Notes: a model not told the origin generated them from the letters alone. Counted from the first letter of the stretch, positions 1-8,695 are shown. The stretch is 21,415 bases of DNA from Candidatus Xenobia bacterium (GCA_045863235.1 BTUM01000114.1:1-21415); one strand, 5' to 3'. Translations and numbers: made by a program.

Positions 1-2
1 TG

Positions 3-131
3 GCCTGCCACCTGCGACTGGTGCACCGGGGCTACCTGCGCATCAGCGGGCAGGCCGGAGAGCTGCGCTTCGAGCGGGCCGGCGAGGTGCTGCTCGGGGA
101 GATGCGCGTGGTGAGCGTTTCCTCTCTTTAG
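3..131 (+). CDS. 3' end of a gene truncated by the window edge; probable C-terminus of an HNH endonuclease-domain protein
   Basis: The frame from base 3 reads ACHLRLVHRGYLRISGQAGELRFERAGEVLLGEMRVVSVSSL* with GC-rich codon usage. CHxxxxH-x-G-x-L-x-I-x-G resembles the end of HNH (DUF222-associated type) proteins. Its TAG (129-131) overlaps the stop of the convergent antiporter gene. Confidence 0.5.
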   Translation, partial: ACHLRLVHRGYLRISGQAGELRFERAGEVLLGEMRVVSVSSL

Positions 132-2191
132 ATCTCCTCGTTCGTGCCCCGGGTCTCCACCAGCAGCGCCTGCAGCTCGGCCTCGGTGAGGGCCAGCTGG
201 CGCGCCATGTCGCCCAGATAGCGAGCTTCCGGCTCGGGCACCTGCTGGTCGCTCCAGGCCACTGCCAGTAAGAGCCGCATGGCGTTCATCCTTCGGCCTT
301 TGTCGAGCAGCTCCAGTTTGGGCCGGCTCCCATCGCGGTAGCGGATCACGCGCTGCTCGAACTCCTGGTGGCTCAAGCCGACCCGGTCAAGGATCTGGCG
401 CACCAGGCTGGTTTCGGCGGGCGACCAGCGCCCATCGGCCCAGGCGAGCTGGATGAGCGCGGTGACCAGCTGCTCACGCTCGTCCATCGGGAGAGTGTCC
501 TCGAAGTGCAGGGGGGCGTCCTTGCGCCCGAAGCCGTCATTCTCGAGCTCGGTGCGCAGCACGTCTTCGTCGGCCGGAAGCCCGAGCGAGAGCAGGCCCT
601 GCTTGGTGAGCTCCAAACCGCACTCGAACTCGGGCCAGAGGGCCATCCGCACGCCGTGCTCTCGCAGGTCGCGGCAGTGCTCCTGGGACACGCCGCGAGC
701 CAGCACCGTCAGGTCGGGACGAGCCTGGTGCAGGATCTCGGCCACGCGGGTGCTGGCCAGGGGGTCGGGCATGGTCAGCACTGCCAGGCGGGCCCGATAG
801 GCGCCACAAGCATCCAGGATGGTCTCCGAGCTGAGGTCTCCGAGTACCACCCGGTGGTTGAACTGGCGTGCCCGACTCAGCACCTCCGGTCGTGGGTCCA
901 CCGCGCAGAAATCGATGCCGGCGGCCGCCAGAGCGCGTGCCAGAACGAAGCCCACCCGCCCATAGCCTCCGATGAGGACGTGCGAGGACTGGGGTGGCCC
1001 GGAGGAGACCGACTCTTCCTCGGGCTGGCCCGAGAAGTGCCTCTTCCACCAGGCGTGGACCCGACCCGCCTGGTAGGAGGTGGCCGGGGTCAGCACCATG
1101 CTGAAGACCGCGGTCACCATCACCAGGTTGTAAAGGCTGGAGGATACGGCTCCGGCCTTGACGCCGACCTGTGCCAGAACGAAGGAGAACTCGCCGATCT
1201 GCCACAGGGTGAGCCCGACCGCCCACGGCACCACCCGGCGGAAGCCGAAAAGCCGCACCACACCCGCAAAGACCAGGCACTTGAGGAGGAACGTCCCTAC
1301 CAGGAGTCCCAGCAGCAGGGGCAGGTTCTCGCTGACGACTCGGGGCTCGATCAACAGGCCCACCGAGACGAAGAAGAGCATGCCGAACAGGTCCCGCAGA
1401 GGCCCCAGCTCGCTCAGGACGTGGTGGGTGTAGTCCGACTCGGCCAGCACCAGCCCGGCCAGGAAGGCCCCGAAGGCGAAGGAGAGGCCGGCCAGGTAGC
1501 TGAGAAAGCCGACGCCCAGGCCTACGGTGACGACGAGCAGGGTGAACAGCTCGCGAGGCGAGTGACTGGCGACGAATCCGAAGATGCGCGGGAGCAGCCT
1601 CCCCCCCACGAACCAGACGACCAGCACCATACCCGTGCCGGTGACCGCCAGGCGGGCCACGCTGGCCATCCCGGCGCTGAGGTTGGCGACTTCGGGCAAC
1701 AAAAGCATCATGGGGATGATGGCCAGGTCCTGCACCACCAGCATGGCCAGCATGACGCGCCCGGACAGCGCTTCACGAAAGCCCTGCGCGTCCAGCACTT
1801 TGAGAGCCACCATGGTGCTCGAAAGAGACAGGGCCGCGCCGAACCAGAGGCCCTCCAGCCAGCCGTAGCCAAACAGATGGAGCATCAGCATGCCCCCCAG
1901 CAGGCAGGCGAGCATCTGCAGGCAGGTTCCGAGCAGAGCAACCCGTTTGAGCTCCGAGAGCCTCGAGAGTGAGAACTCCAGGCCAATCCCGAACATCAGC
2001 AGGGCCACCCCCATCTCGGCCAGGTGCTCGATGTCCTTGATTTCCAGCACCTTGGGTCCGGGGGTGTGCGGGCTCACAAACAGGCCGGCCAGGATATAGC
2101 CCAGCACCAGCGGCATCCGCGCCGCCCGGGCAATGAGGCCGCCGATCAGGGCAGCCACGAAGATCAAGCACAGGTCGTCAACCAGGCCCAT
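128..2191 (-). CDS. Monovalent cation:proton antiporter-2 (CPA2; YbaL/KefB/KefC-like) with TrkA-N (RCK) domain and C-terminal TerB-like domain
   Basis: About 12-13 hydrophobic segments with CPA2 motifs (GVALLMFGIGLEFS, LSLSST, LVVQDL, GAFLAGL, FFVSVG, QIGEFSFVL). RCK Rossmann motif IGGYGRVG. C-terminal LAWADG...VAWSDQQV..PE helical repeat. Strong SD AAGGAGG at 2201-2207. Confidence 0.92.
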   Translation of the reverse strand: MGLVDDLCLIFVAALIGGLIARAARMPLVLGYILAGLFVSPHTPGPKVLEIKDIEHLAEMGVALLMFGIGLEFSLSRLSELKRVALLGTCLQMLACLLGGMLMLHLFGYGWLEGLWFGAALSLSSTMVALKVLDAQGFREALSGRVMLAMLVVQDLAIIPMMLLLPEVANLSAGMASVARLAVTGTGMVLVVWFVGGRLLPRIFGFVASHSPRELFTLLVVTVGLGVGFLSYLAGLSFAFGAFLAGLVLAESDYTHHVLSELGPLRDLFGMLFFVSVGLLIEPRVVSENLPLLLGLLVGTFLLKCLVFAGVVRLFGFRRVVPWAVGLTLWQIGEFSFVLAQVGVKAGAVSSSLYNLVMVTAVFSMVLTPATSYQAGRVHAWWKRHFSGQPEEESVSSGPPQSSHVLIGGYGRVGFVLARALAAAGIDFCAVDPRPEVLSRARQFNHRVVLGDLSSETILDACGAYRARLAVLTMPDPLASTRVAEILHQARPDLTVLARGVSQEHCRDLREHGVRMALWPEFECGLELTKQGLLSLGLPADEDVLRTELENDGFGRKDAPLHFEDTLPMDEREQLVTALIQLAWADGRWSPAETSLVRQILDRVGLSHQEFEQRVIRYRDGSRPKLELLDKGRRMNAMRLLLAVAWSDQQVPEPEARYLGDMARQLALTEAELQALLVETRGTNEEI

Positions 2192-2200
2192 GGAGTGGTT

Positions 2201-2242
2201 CCTCCTTTGAAAGACTGAACGCCAGGCTCAGTCGAGGGGAGG
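2201..2242 (-). promoter_or_regulatory. Predicted mRNA hairpin sequestering the SD of the CPA2 gene
   Basis: On the minus-strand mRNA, CCUCC (2238-2242, in the Pro-Pro codons of the uORF) is complementary to the SD GGAGG (2201-2205). It encloses an 8-bp stem GACUGAGC/GUUCAGUC (2226-2233 with 2213-2220, one G-U pair) with a 5-nt loop. Confidence 0.6.
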
Positions 2243-2521
2243 CCCGCGTCGGGCGATGGGAAAGGCCGGGTTGGCGACCCGAAAGCCCTGGCTTGACGGG
2301 TCGAACCGGTCGAGCGCGTTGGGCCGGGAGAGCGGGTAAGGACTTTCTCTGGTTGGCAACACAGCCAGAGGCCCCACCGGGAGCGGGGCCGGATGGGCAA
2401 CCTCCAGCGTTCCGTGGGGCGCGTTTTGCACTCCCAGGTGCTCCTGCGTCTGACCGGGCCGCGCCCCGAAGAGGCACAGCAAACCGACGAATATCAGCAG
2501 GATGCGGGGCATGGTCTTCAT
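2228..2521 (-). CDS. Small exported/membrane-targeted leader protein ending in RGPP; candidate ribosome-arrest peptide
   Basis: 97 aa with an N-terminal signal-like segment (MPRILLIFVGLLCLFGA), a Pro-rich linker and C-terminal ...FPIARRGPPLD*. It ends 36 nt upstream of the co-oriented CPA2 gene. Alternative ATG at 2512. Confidence 0.65.
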   Translation of the reverse strand: MKTMPRILLIFVGLLCLFGARPGQTQEHLGVQNAPHGTLEVAHPAPLPVGPLAVLPTRESPYPLSRPNALDRFDPSSQGFRVANPAFPIARRGPPLD

Positions 2522-2569
2522 GATGGCATCAAAGCGGACTCTGCTCCTGCCAGATGAGCCAGTTCAAGG

Positions 2570-4525
2570 TCAGGTTCCCGGCAAGACCAGCAGGAACCGC
2601 GAGCCCTTCCCCGGGGCAGATTCCACAAGCTCCAACCGACCCTGCAGGCTGCGGGCCATGGTGTAGGCCAGAAACAGCCCCATGCCAGTACCCTGGCCCA
2701 CCTCGCGGGTGGTGAAGAAGGGCTCGAAAATGCGCTCCTGCACCTCGGTGGACATCCCGCAGCCGTCGTCGCGCACCTCGACGGCGACCTGAGGCCCCTC
2801 GCGCTGAGCGCTCACCTCCACGCGGCGGGCACCGGCCAGCTGAGCGTTATGGATCAGGGTGACCAGGATCTGCTGCACCTCCTCGGGTCGGGCCAGCACC
2901 GCGAGATCCTCGCCGCGATACTCGATCGGACCTCCCAGGCGGCGCCGCAAGCCATCCACCAGGGGAGCCAGCGGCACGCTGGTGGGCTGACCCACCCCTT
3001 CGCGAGCGAAGCTGAGCAGCTCGCTGGTGATCTGGCGACAGCGCCCCACCGACACCCGGATGCCCTCCAGAATGGCGGTGCGCTCACCCGGGTCGGTCTC
3101 GATGGCCAGCATCTCCGCGTCGGTGCTCAAGGCCATGAGGGGGTTGTTGATCTCGTGGGCCACTCCCGCGGCCAGCTGGCCCACGGCCGACATCTTGCCG
3201 GCCAGCAAGAGCTGGCCCTGGGCCTCTTGCAGCTCGCGGTGGCGGGCAGCGTTCTCGAACGACAGGGCGGCCAGCGAGCCCAGCAAGCAGAGCGCGGTCA
3301 GCTGGTCGCGGTTGAACCCCTGGCCCGAGAGCACCAGCAGACCCACGCCGCAGGGGGCTACCAGCAGGTTGTCCTCCACCCGGGGGCCCTCCAGCGAGGG
3401 CGGCTCGAAGGGGTCGCCCCAGCGGCGGCTCACCGCTCCGTCGCGCCAGAAGAGCCCGCCGCGGTGCTCGACCAGGTTGCGGGAGGCGTTCTCCAGGCCA
3501 GCTTCCAGGGAACGGTCGTCCAGGCTGCCAGCCAGCAGGCGCACTCCTTCCAGCAGGCGCGTGAGCAGCTCGAAGCGCTGCCGAGCGCGCAGCAGGCTCT
3601 GGTGCTCGCCTGCCGAGAGCAGGGCTCGGGCGGCCAGGGGGGCCAGGCGCGAGAGGCGCTCGAGCACCTCGGGGGAGAAGTCGTCGGCTTGCGGGCGTCC
3701 CATGTAGAGCACCCCCACCTCGCCCAGGGGCAGGGCGATGGCCGGGGCTTCGTCTGGGAAGAGACGCGCTCCCTCGAGCTGCACGCGGTGCAGGGGCTGG
3801 CTGCGCTGATAGGCTTCCTGGACGATGGGCTCGGGCAGATCCAGCGAGAGGCGCTGGCGGAAGGGCGTGCGGGCGGCCACCGGCACCAGCTGGCCCCGGT
3901 CGGCCAGGAACAGGGCCACGGTCTGGCAGGGTTGCTGGGTCAGGGCGATCTCCAGGATCACCTGGGAGGGCTCGGGTGCCTCGAGCAGGCGGCTGGTCCA
4001 ATGGCCCACGTCGTCCAGGCGGCCTGCGGCGCGAGCGAGCTGCTGGCGGGCCTCCTCGATCAGCTCGGGTGGATCCTCGCGGGGAGCAGACAGGGGCCAG
4101 GCCAGCGCCACCGAGGCCAGCAAGAGCAGCACCAGGGTTGGGGGGTCGGAAGACCAGACCATGACCCAGGCCAGCAACCCCTGGCCCAGAGCCGGGAGAA
4201 CGGCGGGCCAGTGGAGCAGGGCGTAGATCAGGGCGGCCGGACCGGGAAAACCCAGGCCGCTGACCAGCACCGAGGCCGGCAGGGCCACCGAAGGACGGGT
4301 CACCCGCCTTCGCCAGATCAGGGCGGCCAGCGCGGCCAGAGCGGCCAGGCCGGGGCTCTGGCTGGCCACCCAGATCAGGCCCGCCGCCGGAGGCGTGGGC
4401 AGCAACGCCGCCAGGGGGACACAGCCCAGCGCCACCGCCAGCACCAGCGGGTCGTTCAGGAAGCGGCCCAGGGCCAGCGAGGCCAGCGTGAGCAGCAGGC
4501 AGGCGGCCAGGTAGAGCTTCTTCAC
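2570..4525 (-). CDS. Membrane-bound sensor histidine kinase with GAF-like region(s), NtrB-like kinase core
   Basis: Multi-TM N-terminus, H-box AGVAHEINNPL, N-box QQILVTLIHNA, G1 DDGCGM, F-box IFEPFFTT, G2 GTGMGL. Start placed at GTG 4525 (VKKLYLAAC); the ORF track's TTG at 4564 is the alternative. Confidence 0.88.
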   Translation of the reverse strand: MKKLYLAACLLLTLASLALGRFLNDPLVLAVALGCVPLAALLPTPPAAGLIWVASQSPGLAALAALAALIWRRRVTRPSVALPASVLVSGLGFPGPAALIYALLHWPAVLPALGQGLLAWVMVWSSDPPTLVLLLLASVALAWPLSAPREDPPELIEEARQQLARAAGRLDDVGHWTSRLLEAPEPSQVILEIALTQQPCQTVALFLADRGQLVPVAARTPFRQRLSLDLPEPIVQEAYQRSQPLHRVQLEGARLFPDEAPAIALPLGEVGVLYMGRPQADDFSPEVLERLSRLAPLAARALLSAGEHQSLLRARQRFELLTRLLEGVRLLAGSLDDRSLEAGLENASRNLVEHRGGLFWRDGAVSRRWGDPFEPPSLEGPRVEDNLLVAPCGVGLLVLSGQGFNRDQLTALCLLGSLAALSFENAARHRELQEAQGQLLLAGKMSAVGQLAAGVAHEINNPLMALSTDAEMLAIETDPGERTAILEGIRVSVGRCRQITSELLSFAREGVGQPTSVPLAPLVDGLRRRLGGPIEYRGEDLAVLARPEEVQQILVTLIHNAQLAGARRVEVSAQREGPQVAVEVRDDGCGMSTEVQERIFEPFFTTREVGQGTGMGLFLAYTMARSLQGRLELVESAPGKGSRFLLVLPGT

Positions 4526-4595
4526 GACCGCCCACCCGGCCTGAGCGCACAGCCAGACGCGCAAGGCTCCCCAGGCGGGGCACTGCGCACGGACA

Positions 4596-6929
4596 TCACG
4601 TGAGCAGCTGGTGATACAGCCGCACCGCCTCCGGCCCGGGGCTGAGGCCCAGCTCGCGCTGCAGGATGCGGCAGTAGTCGTTGTAGCGGCGCACGGCGGT
4701 ATCGCGCAACCCCTGGCCGGCCAGGCAGCGCATCTGGCCGAGCTGGGCTTCCTCGCGGCAGGGATCGAGATCCAGCATGCGCTGGTAGTGCTGGGAGGCC
4801 TCCACGAAGCGGCCCTGGCTCTCCTGGTCGCCGGCCAGAAGATGCAGCAGGCTGAAGACCTTCTCGCTGACGGTGCGTCGCAGCTCCACCACCCACTCCG
4901 ACCACAGCCCCTCCAGGAGCTCGCCGCGATAAAGGGCCACGGCTTGCTCGCCGGCCTGGCGGGCAGCCTGGCTGAGGCGTCCCGAGGCGTCCGGACGGCA
5001 CTGCTCGGCCAGGCGCTCGAGCCGGGCGTAGTCCGAGTCGATCGACAGGGCCGGGTCGAGCGAGAAGAAGCTGCGCTCGAAGACCACGATGGGGCCGGGG
5101 AGGGCGCGCAGGGCCCGGCGGGCGCGCGAGGCGGCGGTGTTGAGGCTCTTGCGGGAGATGTCCGGATTGTCAGGCCAGAGCAACGAGGCCAGTCGCTCGC
5201 CCGGCACCGGGCGGCGGTGGATCACCAGGTACAAGAACAGCTCCAGCGCCTTGCGGCTGGCCCACTCGCCGGCCGGTACGGGTTTGCCTTCCAGCAGCAC
5301 CTCGGGCGGTCCAAAGCAGAGCACCTCCACCGTGGCCTGGGCCGGGGCAGGTTTGGCCGCGGGTGCCACGGCGCCGAGCTGCGGAAAGCGCTCGCGCAGG
5401 GCCTGCAGGGCCTCGCGCTCCAGACCCTGATCCCAGGCAGCCTGCAGCACCGGCGTCAGGTCGCGCACCTCGTGAGGCGAGAAGGGCTCCACCCGGTGGG
5501 CCGCCAGCGAGAGCCATTCGCGCAGCGACTCGGACCACTCGTCGGGCGGCAGCAGCTTCAATCGCAGCGCCAGCAGGCTCTGCAGCCCGGTCAGGTCGCG
5601 CTGGGCGCGGGCCAGGGCCAGGCCCCGCTCGATCAGCTCGCGGGCCATGGGGGCGCGCTCCAGGGCCAGGTAGGTGCGGGCCGCCCGCTCGTACAGGGCG
5701 GGCGCCTGCGAGCCTTCCAGCCCGGCGCGCACCCGGCCCAGCCAGCGCAGAGCCTCCTCGGGGCGTTGGCGCGAAGCCTCCAGCGAGGCCAGCTCGACCA
5801 GCACCTCCAGGTTGTCCTCGCCGTGGACCTGGCGGCACATCTCCCCGGCTTCCAGCAGGGCCTGGCGGGCCGGCTCGTGCTGACCGCCCTGGGCCAGCAT
5901 GGCCCCCAGCCGCAGCAGCGTGCGCCAGCGGCTCTCCTGGGGTCGGGGCGCGGTGCGGGGGGGCTGGCCCTCCTGTCCGGCCAGGGCCAGGCAGACCGAC
6001 ACCACCTCGGGATCGAAGGCCGCTCCGGCCTGAGAGCGCAGCTCCTGGGCGGCTTGCTCGAAGCTCAGGGCCGGGCGGTGGGGGCGCGGGTGGCGCAGGC
6101 TGTCCCACACCTCGGCCACCGTCAGCACCCGCGACTCGATGGGGATCTCGGCCCCCTTCATGGCGCGCGGATAACCGCTGCCGTCGTAGCGCTCGCGCAG
6201 GTTGACGAGCAGGGGAGAGAGCTCGCGCAGGTCGGGCAGGTCTTCCAGCAGGGCCCGCAGGCGGGCCGGATGCTGATCCAGGAGAGCGCGCTCCTCGGGC
6301 GTGAGCACCCGGTTCTGCTGCAGCAGCTCGCGCTCGATCAGGGCCAGGCCCAGGTCGTGCAGCCAGGCGGCCAGCTCGAGCTGATCCAGCTGGTGGGCCG
6401 ACAATCCCAGCTCCACGCCCAGATCCACCGCCAGGGCGGCCACTCTGCCCGCGTGCTCGTAAAGCCAGGGGTCCTTCTCCCAGAACACGCTCACCAGCGA
6501 GGAGATGAGCCGCAGGTAGCGCCCGCGCAGCTCGTCCAGAGCCCGGCGGCCTTCCTTCTCGATCCGGCACAGCTCGGCCGAGTGGCGCACGCTGGCCAGC
6601 AGGCGATCGAGCGGCACGGGCTTGAGCAGGTAGTCGTCCACCCGGTTCTGGATGGCGCGAATGGGAGCATCCTCGCTGGCGTAGCCGGTCATGACGATGC
6701 TGCGCAGCCCCTCCTGCAGGGTGCGCAGGCTGGCCAGCGCCTCCAGCCCGTCCACCCCGGGCATGCGCACGTCGCACAGGATCAGGTCGAGCGGCCGCGA
6801 GCGCGCGATCTCGAGGGCCTCGGAGGCGTTGAGGGCCACCTCCACCTGGTAGCCCTGGGCCTTGAGGGCGCGCTCCAGGCTGCGGGCCACCTGCACGTCG
6901 TCTTCCAGGATCAAGAGGCTGACTTCCAC
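4596..6929 (-). CDS. Multidomain response regulator: REC + degenerate HD-GYP + TPR-like helices + SARP-type winged-HTH/BTAD
   Basis: Intact REC (LEDD, CDVRMPG, MTGY, LLKP). HD-GYP motifs EHAGRV, LHDLG, ERYDGSGYP, IPIESRV, FDPEVV. C-terminal CFGPPEV...RKALELFLYL...LLWP and BTAD LYRGELL...DPCREE...ELGLSPG. Confidence 0.88.
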   Translation of the reverse strand: MEVSLLILEDDVQVARSLERALKAQGYQVEVALNASEALEIARSRPLDLILCDVRMPGVDGLEALASLRTLQEGLRSIVMTGYASEDAPIRAIQNRVDDYLLKPVPLDRLLASVRHSAELCRIEKEGRRALDELRGRYLRLISSLVSVFWEKDPWLYEHAGRVAALAVDLGVELGLSAHQLDQLELAAWLHDLGLALIERELLQQNRVLTPEERALLDQHPARLRALLEDLPDLRELSPLLVNLRERYDGSGYPRAMKGAEIPIESRVLTVAEVWDSLRHPRPHRPALSFEQAAQELRSQAGAAFDPEVVSVCLALAGQEGQPPRTAPRPQESRWRTLLRLGAMLAQGGQHEPARQALLEAGEMCRQVHGEDNLEVLVELASLEASRQRPEEALRWLGRVRAGLEGSQAPALYERAARTYLALERAPMARELIERGLALARAQRDLTGLQSLLALRLKLLPPDEWSESLREWLSLAAHRVEPFSPHEVRDLTPVLQAAWDQGLEREALQALRERFPQLGAVAPAAKPAPAQATVEVLCFGPPEVLLEGKPVPAGEWASRKALELFLYLVIHRRPVPGERLASLLWPDNPDISRKSLNTAASRARRALRALPGPIVVFERSFFSLDPALSIDSDYARLERLAEQCRPDASGRLSQAARQAGEQAVALYRGELLEGLWSEWVVELRRTVSEKVFSLLHLLAGDQESQGRFVEASQHYQRMLDLDPCREEAQLGQMRCLAGQGLRDTAVRRYNDYCRILQRELGLSPGPEAVRLYHQLLT

Positions 6930-6990
6930 GCTGGCGGCTTTCGCGCAAGGACAGGACCCGTCCCTGCGGGGCGGAGAAGAGGGGGATCCC

Positions 6991-8145
6991 GTGCAGTTTC
7001 AGTATCGAGCCGTCGATCCCCGGGGCGAGCGCCGCGAGGGCGCCCTGGAGGCGCCTTCGCGCGAGGCGGCCCTGGCTCGCCTGCACGGCCAGGGGCTGGT
7101 GGTCTGGAAGCTCGCCTCGTCTGCCTCCGAAGAGCCCGAGTTGCGCCTCGGAGGCCGCGACCGGGCCCGCTTCTTCCTGCAGCTCTCGGTCATGCTCGAA
7201 AGCGGGCTGGGGCTGGTGCGCGGGCTGGGGGTGCTCTCGCGGGGGGACCCGCCGCTGGGGCCGGTGGCCGCCTGTCTGCAGGCCAGTATCGAGCGCGGTC
7301 AGCGCTTCTCGGTGTCCCTGGGCCAGTTGCCGGAGTGCTTCACTCCCACCTGGGTGGGACTGGTGCGGGTGGGGGAGGAGACCGGCGCCCTGGCGCAGAT
7401 CCTGCGCCGCCTCTCCGAGCACCTCGAGCGCCGCGAGCACCGGCGGGGACGGTTGCTCTCGGCCCTGGCCTACCCCTGTTTGACCCTGCTGGGAGCCCTG
7501 AGCGTCTGCGCTCTCATGGTCTACTGGATGGTGCCCCGCTTCGTAGGGCTGATCGAGCCCGGCGGGGAGCTTCCCGGCCCGACCCGCCTGTTGCTGGCCA
7601 TCAGCCAGCCGGGCGTGTTCTGGGGCCTGGTCTGGCTCTCGCTGGTGGCCGGTGGGCTGGCCTACCTGCAGCGCCGGAGGCTGCTGGCCCTGCTTTGGAG
7701 AGCTCCCGTGCTGGGGCGCTGGCTGCAGCTGGGAGCCACCGCCGAGCTGTGTCGCAACCTGGCCTTGATGCTGGACTCAGGCCTGCCCCTGGCCCAGGGC
7801 CTCAAGCTCTTGCGGATGAGCCCTCAGAACCCCTTCCTCGAGCTCGCCCTGCAGCGCCTGGAAGAGCGTCTGCGCCAGGGGGAGGAGCTGCAGGCCGTCT
7901 TTCAGGGCAGCGGCCTTTCTCCGTTTCTGGTGCAGCTGGCCACGATCGGGGCCGAGCTGGGACGTCTCCCGCCCATGCTCGATCGCTGCGCCGGCCTGCT
8001 CGAGGATGAGGCCGAGGGCCGGCTGGACACGCTGATGGTGCTGCTCGAGCCCATGCTGATCGGCTTTTGCGGGCTGGTGGTTGGGTTCGTGCTGATGGCC
8101 GCCTTCTTGCCCGCCTACGGATTGCTGCTGGAGGTGGGGCTGTGA
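6991..8145 (+). CDS. Type II secretion system F family / type IV pilus platform protein (PilC/GspF-like)
   Basis: FQYRAVDPRG...G.LEA N-terminus, QLSVMLESGL, VRVGEETGAL, SALAYP, second repeat LALMLDSGL...IGAELGRL...LLEP. GTG start after a purine-rich RBS (GGAGAAGAGGGGG). The ORF-track start at 6862 overlaps the divergent gene and is unlikely. Confidence 0.92.
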   Translation: MQFQYRAVDPRGERREGALEAPSREAALARLHGQGLVVWKLASSASEEPELRLGGRDRARFFLQLSVMLESGLGLVRGLGVLSRGDPPLGPVAACLQASIERGQRFSVSLGQLPECFTPTWVGLVRVGEETGALAQILRRLSEHLERREHRRGRLLSALAYPCLTLLGALSVCALMVYWMVPRFVGLIEPGGELPGPTRLLLAISQPGVFWGLVWLSLVAGGLAYLQRRRLLALLWRAPVLGRWLQLGATAELCRNLALMLDSGLPLAQGLKLLRMSPQNPFLELALQRLEERLRQGEELQAVFQGSGLSPFLVQLATIGAELGRLPPMLDRCAGLLEDEAEGRLDTLMVLLEPMLIGFCGLVVGFVLMAAFLPAYGLLLEVGL

Positions 8146-8660
8146 GGGGGCACCTGCGGTCGGGGCACTCTCTGGCCGAGGTGCTGGTGGCCGCTTGCCT
8201 CTTTGCCGCCCTGCTCGTGACCTTGAGCTGGATCTACGTGCAGATGACCCGCAGCCAGCGCCAGGCCGATCCTCAGGCCGAGGCCGCCCGCACCGCCGTG
8301 CTGGCCCTCGAAAGGACGCGCGCCGAGCTGCGCGACGCCCTGGTGCTGGATGTGCCCCGCCAGGCCGGCCAGGTGCGCTATCGCAGCGTTCTGCGCGACG
8401 CTGAAGGGCGGCCGGTGACCGGGGCCAGCCTGAGCCTGGAGTACGGGCCCGAGCGCAGGATGCGGGTCGATCGGGGCGTGCTCGAGCGCCTGGAGGACGG
8501 CCAGGATCCCCAGCTGCTGGCCCGCCTGGGCGAGGGAGGCAGCGTCACCTTCGACCGCCCCGCCGGACAGCTCGACCTGCTGCAGATCACGGTGCGGGCC
8601 GTGGTCAACGGGCGCGAGCACCAGGTGGCCGGGGCCGTCCTGCTGGGCCAGCAGCGCTGA
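8142..8660 (+). CDS. Prepilin-like protein (minor pilin/pseudopilin, PulJ/PilW-like)
   Basis: GTG overlaps the upstream TGA (GTGA). Class III signal MRGHLRSG|HSLAEVLVAACLFAALL has Gly at -1, Glu at +5 and a hydrophobic helix; the +1 residue is an atypical His. Confidence 0.72.
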   Translation: MRGHLRSGHSLAEVLVAACLFAALLVTLSWIYVQMTRSQRQADPQAEAARTAVLALERTRAELRDALVLDVPRQAGQVRYRSVLRDAEGRPVTGASLSLEYGPERRMRVDRGVLERLEDGQDPQLLARLGEGGSVTFDRPAGQLDLLQITVRAVVNGREHQVAGAVLLGQQR

Positions 8661-8695
8661 GATCTGGAGCGCGAGATTTCATGCAGCTTGTTACC

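Noticed and set aside
4611..8009. 1132-aa plus-strand ORF, and similar long ORFs 368..1972+, 2849..4603+, 5170..7440-, 3084..4583-, 15080..16480-, 17275..18480+, 19181..20215-
   Set aside because: These are shadow frames of well-supported genes, expected in high-GC DNA. They have no motifs and are either R/P/G/A-rich or antisense-codon in composition.
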